In this document: positions 18,390-28,173 of the stretch, one piece after another | How the letters are laid out: each line of letters opens with the position of its first letter | Position numbering within the stretch: the first letter of the stretch is position 1 | NCBI GenBank assembly: GCA_025454755.1 | Contig: JALONV010000006.1 | Span: forward strand, 1,161 to 65,160 | Direction: 5' to 3' | Length of the DNA stretch: 64,000 bases | Source of the DNA: Bacteroidales bacterium | Lineage (GTDB): Bacteria; Bacteroidota; Bacteroidia; Bacteroidales; VadinHA17 | The notes under the pieces: generated by a model | Databases searched by the model: none | Told to the model about the DNA's origin: nothing | What the model saw: the letters and a program-made list of their open reading frames with translations, nothing else | Position numbers and translations under genes: made by a program

Positions 18390-20165
18390 TTATTTCATGT
18401 AAACCTGGGTGATCAGGTCACGGTACTTATCCTGGATAAACTGTCTGCGTAATTTCAGAGTAGGTGAAAGTTCTCCGGTTGCCGGGGTCCATTCATCCTG
18501 TACAAGACGGAACCTGTTGATCCTTTCAGGAGGGCTTAACTTCTTGTTAAGTCTTTCTATTTCCGTGGAGAAGAATGACACTACTTCCTTCTGCTGTATC
18601 AGCTCCTCATTATTGGCGAATGAAAGATTCTTTGAAGTTTTCCAGTCGTCGAAATATTTAAAGTTGGGAGATATCAATGCGCTGGCAAATTTTTCATGTT
18701 CGCCAATTACCATAAGCTGGTCGATAACAGGAGACTCCTTGAAAATATTCTCGATTATCTGGGGAGCGATGAATTTGCCATTGGAGAGCTTGAATATCTC
18801 TTTCTTCCTGTCGGTGACCATCAGGAATTTGCCATCTTCGATATGTCCGATATCGCCGGTGTGGAACCATCCATCCTGATCGAAAGCCTGTTTTGTGAGT
18901 TCAGCGTCCTTATAATATCCGGGAGTGACATTAGGCCCCTTGCAGAGTATCTCCCCGTCATCTGCAATCTTCACTTCGACCCCTTCTATAGTCATTCCTA
19001 CAGATCCAAGCTTAACCTTTCCCTTCTCAGTCCTGTTAATGGTAATTATCGGAGAAGTTTCTGTCAGACCGTACATATTTATGATCTTAATACCTGCGGC
19101 CCAGAAGACTTTTTCGAGCCTTGGCTGGAGACTGGCTCCTCCACATCCCACTATTCTTACTTTATTTCCAAGCGCCTGGCGCCATTTGCTGAATATGAGC
19201 TTATCGGCTGTCCTGAGCTTTCTTTCATAGAACCAGCCGTTTTCACCAAAGGGTTGATATTTGAGACCCAGGTCAACTGCCCAGAAAAACAGTTTTTTCT
19301 TTATGCCTGTCAGCTTATTGCCTTTGGATATAATGACATCATAGAATTTCTCCAGTACCCTGGGAACAGCATCAAATCCATCAGGTTTGATCTCCGCCAT
19401 ATTTGCAGCAATGGTACCCATGTTCTCTGCGTAATAGATACTGGCGCCGCTGTACTGTGTCTGATAGTTCCCAAGCCGCCCGCCTACATGGCATAAAGGC
19501 AGGATACTCAGATATCTGTCCGCCGGGCTCAGGTTAAAAACTGAGGCAGCCGACAGAAAATTGCTGACCATATTCCTGTGTGTGAGCATAACTCCTTTTG
19601 CCTTGCCGGTAGTCCCTGATGTATAAATGAGAGATGCGAAATCGGTTGCCTGGACCGTGGATTTTATTTTCTCAACGGTATCCCTGTGTTTTTCTGAGTT
19701 TGATTTTCCGGTTTCAACAATCTCTTTCCAGTTTTTATTTCCCTCAATTTCATCAAAAGAAAAGACAGGAATATTCCTTCCTGACAAAGCTACAGCAGGA
19801 GTGACAGTTTTCAGGAGCTTCCTGTCTGAAACAATTATCATGCTGGCTTCACTGTGATCAATAATATAATGGTAATCAGATATACTGAGGGATGTAAACA
19901 CCGGCACATGGATGACTCCTATCATCGACATTCCAAAGTCGGCAAAGTTCCATTCCGGACGGTTGTTGGAGACGGTAATTATTTTATCGCCTTTTTTTAT
20001 ACCCATCTCCAGGAGGCCATAGGAGAAATTGTATGAGTAATCGATATAATCCCGTGAGCTGTATTTTACCCATACACCGTTCTGTTTTCCACAGAGAACA
20101 TCATCTTTATCAATGAATTTTTCCCTGTATCTTTCAAGGAGATCAAAAGTACGTTCTACATTCAT
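18390..20165 (-). CDS. Long-chain fatty acid-CoA ligase (AMP-forming)
   Basis: AMP-binding signature IYTSGTTGKAKGV, later GWFHTGDIG and the C-terminal lysine region. 591 aa. Confidence 0.88.
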   Translation of the reverse strand: MNVERTFDLLERYREKFIDKDDVLCGKQNGVWVKYSSRDYIDYSYNFSYGLLEMGIKKGDKIITVSNNRPEWNFADFGMSMIGVIHVPVFTSLSISDYHYIIDHSEASMIIVSDRKLLKTVTPAVALSGRNIPVFSFDEIEGNKNWKEIVETGKSNSEKHRDTVEKIKSTVQATDFASLIYTSGTTGKAKGVMLTHRNMVSNFLSAASVFNLSPADRYLSILPLCHVGGRLGNYQTQYSGASIYYAENMGTIAANMAEIKPDGFDAVPRVLEKFYDVIISKGNKLTGIKKKLFFWAVDLGLKYQPFGENGWFYERKLRTADKLIFSKWRQALGNKVRIVGCGGASLQPRLEKVFWAAGIKIINMYGLTETSPIITINRTEKGKVKLGSVGMTIEGVEVKIADDGEILCKGPNVTPGYYKDAELTKQAFDQDGWFHTGDIGHIEDGKFLMVTDRKKEIFKLSNGKFIAPQIIENIFKESPVIDQLMVIGEHEKFASALISPNFKYFDDWKTSKNLSFANNEELIQQKEVVSFFSTEIERLNKKLSPPERINRFRLVQDEWTPATGELSPTLKLRRQFIQDKYRDLITQVYMK

Positions 20166-20197
20166 AATATATTAAGGTTAGGATTTTCAATTTTATT

Positions 20198-20292
20198 ACC
20201 CCCTTTTCTATTTCCCCCCAGGGGGGAAAGATTTGTACTGTCCTCCTTTGGGGAAAGCCTGCCCCGCTTCGGCGGGGGCAAGGAAGGGGGTC
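20198..20292. repeat. GC-rich composite hairpin element (B1-like + inverted B2)
   Basis: tttccccccaggggggaaa forms a hairpin at 20211-20229. The reverse complement of 20241-20292 reads gaCCCCCttccttgCCCCCGCcgaaGCGGGGcAGGCTTTCCCCaaaGGAGGA. Confidence 0.8.
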
Positions 20293-20476
20293 TTTATATC
20301 CAAATTAGGATTACTTTTTGCAATTTACGAATAATCAACAATTAACAAAAAGATAACCGGAAGTCTCTTCAATTAAGACAAGGCAATTAGGTATTTTTAC
20401 TTATTGACCTCATTGTCCAGCTTCAAGGAAATATTATTTTTGTTTTGTTCTTTTATTCCTTTTAATATATCCTTTT

Positions 20477-22285
20477 GTGAATGCGATGCCTCTTGTAATC
20501 GGTACTGTAGTGCTTTTTGCACTTGCTTACCGGTTTTATTTCAGTTTTGTTGCCGCAAAGGTCGCAGTATCCCGGGACCTTGGCCCGACTCCTGCCCACA
20601 GATTATTTGACGGGCAGAATTATTATCCCATGAACAAATGGGTTCTTTTTGGCCACCATTTCGCCGCTATTGCCGGCGCGGGACCGCTGGTGGGACCTGT
20701 CCTGGCTGCACAGTTTGGCTTCATGCCGGGATTCCTCTGGATGCTGATCGGTGCAGTAATGGCAGGGGCAGTCCATGATTTCGTGATACTGACGGCATCT
20801 GTCGAGCATGACGGCAAGTCGCTTGCCGTGATAGCCAGAGAAGAGATAAACAAGGTCAGCGGTATTACAACAACATTTGCGATAATCCTGATAATAGTAA
20901 TTGCCCTCGCCGGTCTGGGACTTGTTGTTGTAAATGCCCTTGCCGAAAGCTCATGGGGGACTTTTACAATAGCTTCAACTATTCCCATTGCCGTACTGAT
21001 GGGAATATGGATGTTCAGGATACGAAAAGGCAAAACTGTCGAGGCTACGATCGTCGGAGTGATACTTCTAATTCTTGCAGTCATTTATGGGCGTTATGTT
21101 CCTGAGTCAAGGTTCGCATCATGGTTTACATTCGATCATAAAACTCTTACGATAATTATTGCAGCTTATGGATTTCTGGCATCCGTATTGCCTGTCTGGC
21201 TTCTTCTTTCGCCGCGCGATTACCTGAGCTCTATCATGAAGATTTCAGTTATAAGCCTCCTGGCAATAGGTCTTATAATTGTAGCTCCGGAAATAAAGAT
21301 GCCGGGATTCACGGAATTCTGCAGGGGCGGAGGCCCGATCATTCCGGGGAAGCTGTATCCCTATCTCTTCATTACAATAGCCTGCGGAGCAATTTCCGGC
21401 TTCCATTCGCTGGTAAGCTCTGGCACTACACCAAAGATGATTATGAAGAGTTCCGATATCAAACCTATTGCTGTGGGTTCAATGCTTGTCGAGGGAGCAG
21501 TAAGCATAATGGCGCTGATTGCCGCCACCAGCCTTCTTCCGCTTGATTATTTCCAGATCAATGTGCCGGCCGATAAGATTCAGGCTGTTTTGCCTCAGCT
21601 TCACGAAATGGGTTTCACCGAATCGAACCTCGATCAGCTTTCAGCCAGTGTGGGTGAGAAAATTGCAGGAAGGACAGGTGGTGCAGTATCTCTGGGAGTG
21701 GGGATGGCTTATATCTTCTCCTCCATTCCGGGTATGAATCACCTGATGTCGTACTGGTACCATTTTGCCATTATGTTCGAAGCGCTGTTCATTCTGACCA
21801 CAATTGATGCAGGCACACGTATTGGCAGATTCCTTCTTCAGGAAGCTCTGGGAAAAGTATACAGGCCTTTTCAAAAAACAAACTGGCTGCCTGGCAACCT
21901 GATAACAAGCTGCCTCATTGTTTTTGCATGGGGATACTTTATATATACAGGTACCGTCTCAACTATCTGGCCGATGTTCGGAGCAGCCAACCAGCTTCTG
22001 GCGACGATTGCGCTTGCTATTGGCACATCTTATATTATAAACCGCGGAAGGGCTAAATATGCCTGGGTGACACTCCTTCCCATGACTTTTGTAGGCGTGA
22101 CGACAATGACTGCTGCAATCCTTAATATAAAAAATATCTACATCCCGCAGGTTATTGACAGGGCGACCCTGGTTCCCGGCATCATCAACCTGATTTTGAC
22201 TCTTGCGATCATAATTTCGGTAATCGTAATTCTGTCAAATGCAATTCCCGGGTGGATAAGATCATGGAAATTAAATAATCAGTAA
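20477..22285 (+). CDS. cstA: Carbon starvation protein CstA (peptide/pyruvate transporter family)
   Basis: 602-aa polytopic membrane protein. The CstA-type N-terminus is ...VLFALAYRFYFSFVAAKV..PTPAHR..DG.NYYPMNKWVLFGHHFAAIAGAGPLVGP. The start is GTG 20477 or ATG 20486. Confidence 0.88.
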   Translation: MNAMPLVIGTVVLFALAYRFYFSFVAAKVAVSRDLGPTPAHRLFDGQNYYPMNKWVLFGHHFAAIAGAGPLVGPVLAAQFGFMPGFLWMLIGAVMAGAVHDFVILTASVEHDGKSLAVIAREEINKVSGITTTFAIILIIVIALAGLGLVVVNALAESSWGTFTIASTIPIAVLMGIWMFRIRKGKTVEATIVGVILLILAVIYGRYVPESRFASWFTFDHKTLTIIIAAYGFLASVLPVWLLLSPRDYLSSIMKISVISLLAIGLIIVAPEIKMPGFTEFCRGGGPIIPGKLYPYLFITIACGAISGFHSLVSSGTTPKMIMKSSDIKPIAVGSMLVEGAVSIMALIAATSLLPLDYFQINVPADKIQAVLPQLHEMGFTESNLDQLSASVGEKIAGRTGGAVSLGVGMAYIFSSIPGMNHLMSYWYHFAIMFEALFILTTIDAGTRIGRFLLQEALGKVYRPFQKTNWLPGNLITSCLIVFAWGYFIYTGTVSTIWPMFGAANQLLATIALAIGTSYIINRGRAKYAWVTLLPMTFVGVTTMTAAILNIKNIYIPQVIDRATLVPGIINLILTLAIIISVIVILSNAIPGWIRSWKLNNQ

Positions 22286-22405
22286 ATTATTAATACTTAA
22301 AGGAAGCAATGCCACGAACGGTGGCTCAGTTTAGTCAAGAATAATCAGATATGAGCAGATTAACAAATTGTTGGTTATATTTGGCACCTTAAACACAGCA
22401 AAGGA

Positions 22406-23026
22406 ATGATGGAGTTTTTTCAATCGGTTCTTGACTGGTACATGGCCAATCTTAACTATTTTACTGTTTGGTTGCTGATGCTTATCGAAAGCACTTTTCT
22501 TCCGATGCCTTCGGAAGTAGTTATACCATTTGCGGCATATAAGGCGGCTCAGGGCGATCTGAATGTTTTTCTTGTTATCCTGTTTGGTACTATTGGAGCA
22601 CTATGCGGATCACTTATAAACTACTATCTTTCATATTTTCTCGGACGTCCGATTATTTATGCATTTGCAGATTCCAAAGCTGGACGGTTATTTCTGCTAT
22701 CGAAAGAGAAAGTAATCAAAGCCGAAAATTATTTCCTGAGAAACGGAAAATCATCAACTTTCATCGGCAGGCTTGTGCCTGGGATCAGACATCTTATTTC
22801 CATTCCTGCAGGCCTTGCAAAAATGAATCTCCGTGACTTTATACTTTATACATTTATCGGAGCAGGCATCTGGAATGTCATTCTGGCAATCATCGGTTAC
22901 TATGTGTTTGAGTATAGCGAAAAGATCTTTCCTTATTTAGACAAAATCCTCTATGCGCTGGGAGCTCTTTTTATAATATACCTTATTGTAAAGACTGTTA
23001 GGAACAGTAAAAAGAATAAGAAATGA
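22406..23026 (+). CDS. DedA-family membrane protein
   Basis: 206 aa with DedA/SNARE-associated core motifs (...ESTFLPMPSEVV..., ...GRLVPGIRHLISIPAG...). Confidence 0.85.
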   Translation: MMEFFQSVLDWYMANLNYFTVWLLMLIESTFLPMPSEVVIPFAAYKAAQGDLNVFLVILFGTIGALCGSLINYYLSYFLGRPIIYAFADSKAGRLFLLSKEKVIKAENYFLRNGKSSTFIGRLVPGIRHLISIPAGLAKMNLRDFILYTFIGAGIWNVILAIIGYYVFEYSEKIFPYLDKILYALGALFIIYLIVKTVRNSKKNKK

Positions 23027-23036
23027 AGAATTGTTT

Positions 23037-23102
23037 CCCGCAGATTGCGCAGATGTACGCAGAACTTATCCTAAATCTGCGAAGATCAGCGGAATCTGCG
23101 GG
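23037..23102. repeat. Palindromic array of CGCAGAT units (3 direct + 3 inverted)
   Basis: cccgcagatt gcgcagatgta cgcagaac .. atctgcgaag atcagcgg aatctgcggg. The outer 10-bp arms are perfectly complementary. It lies between convergent dedA and porin genes. Confidence 0.8.
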
Positions 23103-23108
23103 AAAATA

Positions 23109-24143
23109 TTAAAATCTGGCAATGAACTCCAGGGTTAATTTATCAGTGTGTATTGGCAGACTGCTCTTCAGGTAGTTCTCGTAATTGACCCTTATTTCTG
23201 AATAAAATTGCTTCGGTTCAAATCCTACATTCACTCCTAATGTCAACCGGTTAGCATCAATTCTCTTGTTGTACATAATATCTCCCATATAATCCCATCT
23301 GGCTGTCGGAGAGATCATTTTAACCATTTTCCCTGTCAGTATAAAATTATAATAGGAGTGCAGATATAGTCCGTCATCATGAACACGTCCATCAAGCGTG
23401 TCGGTCCAGCTCCTGCTGATGTATTCCGATTCAACGAATATCTTTCCGTTTGTATACCTGAGTTCACCTCCAAATAAAGCAAGATGATCACGGTATTCTG
23501 CTTCACCGTAGTATAAATTTCCAACTGCCCTGAATCCGGTTTCCGGACCTATTACTACTCTTGAAACCAGGTTAGGTTTTTCTATCCATTGGGGATTATT
23601 GTTGCCTGTACCATTAACGGCACCCAGCAGAATATCTACAGGAATACCCAGATCAAACTTATAGTCAATATAAAAGCCGATATCCCTCATTCCGTCGTTG
23701 ATATATTTTGCCAGGAAAGATCTATTTGCGAAAATATTTTCTGCAGGATTCCGCATGTAGTCTGTACTGAAGGGAATCTTTCTCTGGCCAAGGTAGATAT
23801 CCAGATTCTTGAGCGGAGTGAGCCTGACATATGCATCCAGCATCTTCATCTTTCCTTCGTCGGACAGATCAAGCTCGATCTTATAGGACATATAATTATT
23901 AATCTTTCCTTTCAGCCCGAATCGCCCATTTCTTACCTCGAAGCGCATCAGGTAATTATCAAGGTCGTATTCAGTTTTGACCTTTAGTATGACATCAAGA
24001 TCGGGGACATACTCTGATTTTGAAAAAGTTGAGTCCTGGGCACAGACACCAGTCATGTAAAACAGAAGCAGTAGAAATGAGAAATGAATTATTTTCCCTC
24101 CAGTTGAGCCAGTCGTTGGTTTATTCATCTCTGAGAACAACAT
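23109..24143 (-). CDS. Outer-membrane beta-barrel porin
   Basis: Signal peptide, alternating beta-strand pattern and a C-terminal ...LTLEFIARF with terminal Phe typical of OMP beta-signals. The subfamily is not resolved. Confidence 0.6.
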   Translation of the reverse strand: MLFSEMNKPTTGSTGGKIIHFSFLLLLFYMTGVCAQDSTFSKSEYVPDLDVILKVKTEYDLDNYLMRFEVRNGRFGLKGKINNYMSYKIELDLSDEGKMKMLDAYVRLTPLKNLDIYLGQRKIPFSTDYMRNPAENIFANRSFLAKYINDGMRDIGFYIDYKFDLGIPVDILLGAVNGTGNNNPQWIEKPNLVSRVVIGPETGFRAVGNLYYGEAEYRDHLALFGGELRYTNGKIFVESEYISRSWTDTLDGRVHDDGLYLHSYYNFILTGKMVKMISPTARWDYMGDIMYNKRIDANRLTLGVNVGFEPKQFYSEIRVNYENYLKSSLPIHTDKLTLEFIARF

Positions 24144-24183
24144 GCAGTTGAGATAAGTGTCAGAAGCATTATCAGTAAATTTT

Positions 24184-24546
24184 TCATTCTACTATTTCAG
24201 CTTTATCGAATCTATCATTGCGGAAATTTACCCTCGAATGTTGCACTCTGCGGATCCCTTTTCCGCCGAAGAATCCCCAGCCGCCGCTGCCAAGAAGGAA
24301 TCCAAGCGCATAAAGGCCGCCATTGTTATTCTGAGCATACATTGTTATCTTATTGTTAAAAAGCATGCCTATAAAATCGAATGGCGCTATAAATCCATGC
24401 CACAATCCACCGAAGAAACCATAGGTATAGCCCGTCAGACACTGATCAACCGGTTCATTGTCGGCACAGCCTGAAAGTATTAATACGACAGCAATTAGGG
24501 TAAAGAACAGAAAGTTTTTACCCTGATAGAAATTTTTCATTTTCAA
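24184..24546 (-). CDS. Small lipoprotein with glycine-rich hydrophobic segments, unknown function
   Basis: Lipobox LILSGC after a signal peptide, plus Gly-rich stretches GFFGGLWHGF and LGFLLGSGGWGFFGG. Confidence 0.55.
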   Translation of the reverse strand: MKMKNFYQGKNFLFFTLIAVVLILSGCADNEPVDQCLTGYTYGFFGGLWHGFIAPFDFIGMLFNNKITMYAQNNNGGLYALGFLLGSGGWGFFGGKGIRRVQHSRVNFRNDRFDKAEIVE

Positions 24547-24568
24547 TTATTTATTTGATTTCGGATTA

Positions 24569-25099
24569 TCAGAAAAGATTGAGTTCCCCCGGTTTGCCTG
24601 AATTTTTTCTTTCATGAATAAGCAGCCATCTTTTACGCTCAAGTCCACCTCCGTATCCTACAAGAGCGCCGTCAGCACCGATGACTCTGTGACAGGGAAT
24701 TATTATAGCTATACGGTTAGATGCATTAGCATGGGCGACAGCCCTGGTCGCCCCGGTATTTTTGATGGCTTCTGCCTGTTCATGATAGGAAATGGTTTCC
24801 CCGTATGGGATCTTCAGCAGTTCTTTCCAGGCTGACTGCTGAAATTCAGTACCGGGTGTGACCAGCTTTAACGTGAAATCTTTGCGTTTCCCCCTGAAAT
24901 ATTCTTTCAGCTGTTTTTTCAATGTCCAGATGTGCCAGCTGCTGCCTTTTTTGATCGTGGTCTCCAGGAGTGTTGCAAGCTCCTCATATTCGGCTGATAG
25001 ATTTTCCCTGTCGGCAAATTCCAGCAGACAGATCCCATTTTTGGTTGCGCCTGCAACCATCTCCCCAAGAGGAGTGTCTATTTTTGAAATTTTTATCAT
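24569..25099 (-). CDS. ogt: Methylated-DNA-protein-cysteine methyltransferase
   Basis: Active-site motif IIPCHRVIG and a C-terminal DNA-binding domain. 176 aa. Confidence 0.9.
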   Translation of the reverse strand: MIKISKIDTPLGEMVAGATKNGICLLEFADRENLSAEYEELATLLETTIKKGSSWHIWTLKKQLKEYFRGKRKDFTLKLVTPGTEFQQSAWKELLKIPYGETISYHEQAEAIKNTGATRAVAHANASNRIAIIIPCHRVIGADGALVGYGGGLERKRWLLIHERKNSGKPGELNLF

Positions 25100-25521
25100 T
25101 GTTTTGGGAACCTTCCGGAGGTTAATTTTATGAACCTGATGTTCCTGAACCTCATCGCCGACCAGTCATCATCTATCGACACCATCCTGATTCCGTAAAA
25201 ACCGGCATCATTAAGTACTTTCCACCCCTTATCGCGTTCCAGATCAGATTTATACTTTTTTGAAGTCTTCTTCGGATAACAGAACCAAAGAATGCCATCG
25301 GCAGTGAGATTGTGCAATGCAACCGGCACCATCTGATTGACATCAGCGACCGTTTTAACAAAAAGTATCATAAACCCGTACGGGCACCGCTGGTCGATAT
25401 CATCATCGGTAATGACACCCTTAAGCTCCTTTGCTACAGCCTTATAGAAAGATTCTTCGGCATTCAGAACAGCGATCCTCAACTGCCCTTTATAATTGAG
25501 CTTCTTCAGCAGTTCTTTCAT
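25096..25521 (-). CDS. Conserved hypothetical protein (DUF3052-like?)
   Basis: 141-aa ORF overlapping ogt by 4 nt (ATGA). The motif ILWFCYPKKTSKKYKSDL...DDDWSAMRFR resembles a small alpha/beta family of unknown function. The family name is uncertain. Confidence 0.45.
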   Translation of the reverse strand: MKELLKKLNYKGQLRIAVLNAEESFYKAVAKELKGVITDDDIDQRCPYGFMILFVKTVADVNQMVPVALHNLTADGILWFCYPKKTSKKYKSDLERDKGWKVLNDAGFYGIRMVSIDDDWSAMRFRNIRFIKLTSGRFPKQ

Positions 25522-25577
25522 GTTAAATATATTTCCTTGCTAATTTAAAAAAAATTGCAATAACGGTAAAAGATTTT

Positions 25578-25585
25578 TAACTTTG
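25578..25585 (+). promoter_or_regulatory. Bacteroidota-type -7 promoter box (TAacTTTG) for the thiamine uptake operon
   Basis: Exact TAnnTTTG match just upstream of the riboswitch. Confidence 0.5.
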
Positions 25586-25589
25586 TGCT

Positions 25590-25680
25590 TTCTGAAAATG
25601 GGGTGCCTTAATATAACAGGCTGAGATCATACCCTTATAACCTGATCCGGATAATGCCGGCGTAGGGAAAAGAGAGTATC
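25590..25680 (+). promoter_or_regulatory. TPP (thiamine pyrophosphate) riboswitch
   Basis: Conserved THI-element core read directly: ggggtgc..(stem)..gctgagatcatacccttataacctgatccggataatgccggcgtagggaa. It sits upstream of thiamine transport genes. Confidence 0.9.
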
Positions 25681-25728
25681 CGGTATATCAGCTTAAACAT
25701 GCAGCTTCATTTTCAGGGAATAATTTAA

Positions 25729-28164
25729 ATGAAAATGAAGAAAAAGTTTTTTTTATTTCTCGCAGTATTCTTCCTGATGAGCAGCATTTATGCTTTTCAG
25801 GTGAAAGATTCCTCAATAAGAGGCAGAGTGACAGATGTTTCCGGCAATCCTCTTGCCGGAGCAGGAGTCTCAGTTGAAAACACATTCCTTGGAACAATCT
25901 GTGATCCTGATGGCAATTATGTTTTCAGCGGACTAAAAGATGGTACTTACAGGCTCCGGTTCACATTCATCGGGTATGAGCCACAGGTTCATGAGGTTGG
26001 TCTTAAAGGAAAAGCTGAGCTGGACATAAATCTTGTTCCGAAGCCGCTCATCACCGGAGAGGTGATCGTCAATGCCACAAGGGCAGGGAACCGTACCCCT
26101 CTGGCATATTCGACTGTTGACGGAGAGATTATCAGAAAACATAATGTCGGACAGGATATTCCTTTTATTCTTGGGATGACACCTTCGCTGGTTGAGACCT
26201 CAGAAGCCGGGAACGGCATTGGATATACCAGCCTTCGGATACGCGGCACAGATGCCAGCAGGATTAACGTAACGATAGATGGGATACCTCTTAATGACCC
26301 TGAATCGCAGCAGGTTTTCTGGGTCGATCTTCCCGATCTTGCTTCCTCAGCTGATAACATCCAGATTCAGCGCGGCGCAGGCACTTCATCGAATGGGGCA
26401 GGAGCCTTTGGTGCTACAGTCAGCATCCAGACTAAAAGTTCAGATAATGAGCCCTTTGCAGAGATTTCGTCATCGGTCGGTTCATTTAATACATTTAAAA
26501 GCTCAGTTTCTGCCGGAACAGGTCTTCTGGACGGAAGGTTTGCTCTTGAGGTACGGCTTTCTCAGCTTAAGAGCGACGGATACATTAAACGGACTGGTTC
26601 CGATCACAGGTCGTCATACATTTCAGGCGTTTACAATGCAGGCAGGTCGAGGGTAAAAGCCAACATCATCCTGGGAGAAGAACATACAGGCATAGGCTGG
26701 TGGGGCGTGCCTAAGGAGATGCTGACCATCGACAGGAGATATAATCCGGCAGGCGAATTTACCGATGAGTACGGGGTAAGCCGGTTTTATGACAATGAAA
26801 GCGACAACTACCGGCAGAACCATTACCAGCTTATTTACAGCCTGAATGTCAATGACTTTATTAATATCAGCACGGCTTTTCACTATACAAGAGGCGAGGG
26901 ATACTATGAAGAATATAAATATGACCGTGAAGTGTCGGATTATTTCCCCGTGCCGGTAATAAATATCGGTGATACAATTATTACTTCAACTGACCTGATA
27001 ACAAGAAAATGGATGTCGAACGATTTCTACGGGTTTGTCTACACACTCAAATATAAAAGGAACAGGATTGAAACTACATTTGGGGGAGCTGCTAACAGTT
27101 ATACCGGTGATCATTATGGAAAAATAATCTGGATGAGATATTCGACTCTTGAAAAAGATTACCAGTGGTACTTCAATTCAGGTACAAAGAGAGAGTTCAG
27201 CATATTTGCGAAGACTACATATGCCCTCACCGATCAGCTATCCGTTTATGGCGATCTTCAGTACCGTCAGATCTTTTACAGAATGAAAGGATTCGATGAT
27301 GACCAGAAGGATCTTGGCCAGAAACATAATTTCAGCTTCTTCAATCCCAAGGGAGGTCTCTTCTGGGCAATCTCAAATAATCAGGATGGATATCTTTCAT
27401 TTTCAGTTGCCGGCCGCGAACCAACCCGTGCCGATTTTAAGGAGGCTGCCGGAGATAGTAATGCAACTCCTGAAAAAGAGAGACTATACGACACTGAATT
27501 GGGATACAGTCTGAGAGGTGCAAAATTCTCAGTCGGAGCTAACGGTTATCTTATGTATTACCACGATCAGCTTGTGCCAACAGGTGAACTAAGCAATACG
27601 GGATATTCCATTATGACTAATGTTGATAGAAGCTACCGCCTCGGAATTGAGCTGAAAGCAGGTCTGAAGCCTGCGAATTATCTGGAATGGGATTTCAACC
27701 TGACATTAAGCCGTAATAAGATAGCTGATTTTACAGAGTATTATACTGATTATGATATTGTCAGCTGGGACGCTGAATATAAAAGCAAAGAACTCGGAAG
27801 TGTAGATATCGCCTATTCTCCGTCAATAACAGGAACCAGCGACATTAACTTCAGGATCAGAAAGGATCTTGAGATACATTTTATAAGTAAGTATGTAGGC
27901 AGCCAATATTTCGACAACACGATGAGTAAGGAGAGAATGATAGATCCTTACTTTGTCAATAATGTGAGGATAAGCTATGAACCGGCTATCAGGAAAATTA
28001 AGGGAGTGGAATTCCAGGTTCTTATCAATAATATTTTCGATGCAGAATATGAGAGCAATGCCTATGGCGGCAACTGGTATGAAGGAGGAGAGGAGAAGAG
28101 CTGGTCGTACTATTTTCCTCAGGCAGGTACCAATGTGATGTTCAGGGCAGGGATTAGGTTTTAA
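25729..28164 (+). CDS. TonB-dependent outer-membrane receptor (thiamine-regulated)
   Basis: 811 aa with a signal peptide, a CarboxypepD_reg-like domain (GRVTDVSGNPLAGAGVSVE..), a plug domain, a beta-barrel and a C-terminal ...FRAGIRF. It lies directly downstream of the TPP riboswitch. Confidence 0.88.
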   Translation: MKMKKKFFLFLAVFFLMSSIYAFQVKDSSIRGRVTDVSGNPLAGAGVSVENTFLGTICDPDGNYVFSGLKDGTYRLRFTFIGYEPQVHEVGLKGKAELDINLVPKPLITGEVIVNATRAGNRTPLAYSTVDGEIIRKHNVGQDIPFILGMTPSLVETSEAGNGIGYTSLRIRGTDASRINVTIDGIPLNDPESQQVFWVDLPDLASSADNIQIQRGAGTSSNGAGAFGATVSIQTKSSDNEPFAEISSSVGSFNTFKSSVSAGTGLLDGRFALEVRLSQLKSDGYIKRTGSDHRSSYISGVYNAGRSRVKANIILGEEHTGIGWWGVPKEMLTIDRRYNPAGEFTDEYGVSRFYDNESDNYRQNHYQLIYSLNVNDFINISTAFHYTRGEGYYEEYKYDREVSDYFPVPVINIGDTIITSTDLITRKWMSNDFYGFVYTLKYKRNRIETTFGGAANSYTGDHYGKIIWMRYSTLEKDYQWYFNSGTKREFSIFAKTTYALTDQLSVYGDLQYRQIFYRMKGFDDDQKDLGQKHNFSFFNPKGGLFWAISNNQDGYLSFSVAGREPTRADFKEAAGDSNATPEKERLYDTELGYSLRGAKFSVGANGYLMYYHDQLVPTGELSNTGYSIMTNVDRSYRLGIELKAGLKPANYLEWDFNLTLSRNKIADFTEYYTDYDIVSWDAEYKSKELGSVDIAYSPSITGTSDINFRIRKDLEIHFISKYVGSQYFDNTMSKERMIDPYFVNNVRISYEPAIRKIKGVEFQVLINNIFDAEYESNAYGGNWYEGGEEKSWSYYFPQAGTNVMFRAGIRF

Positions 28165-28173
28165 TGCATCTTT

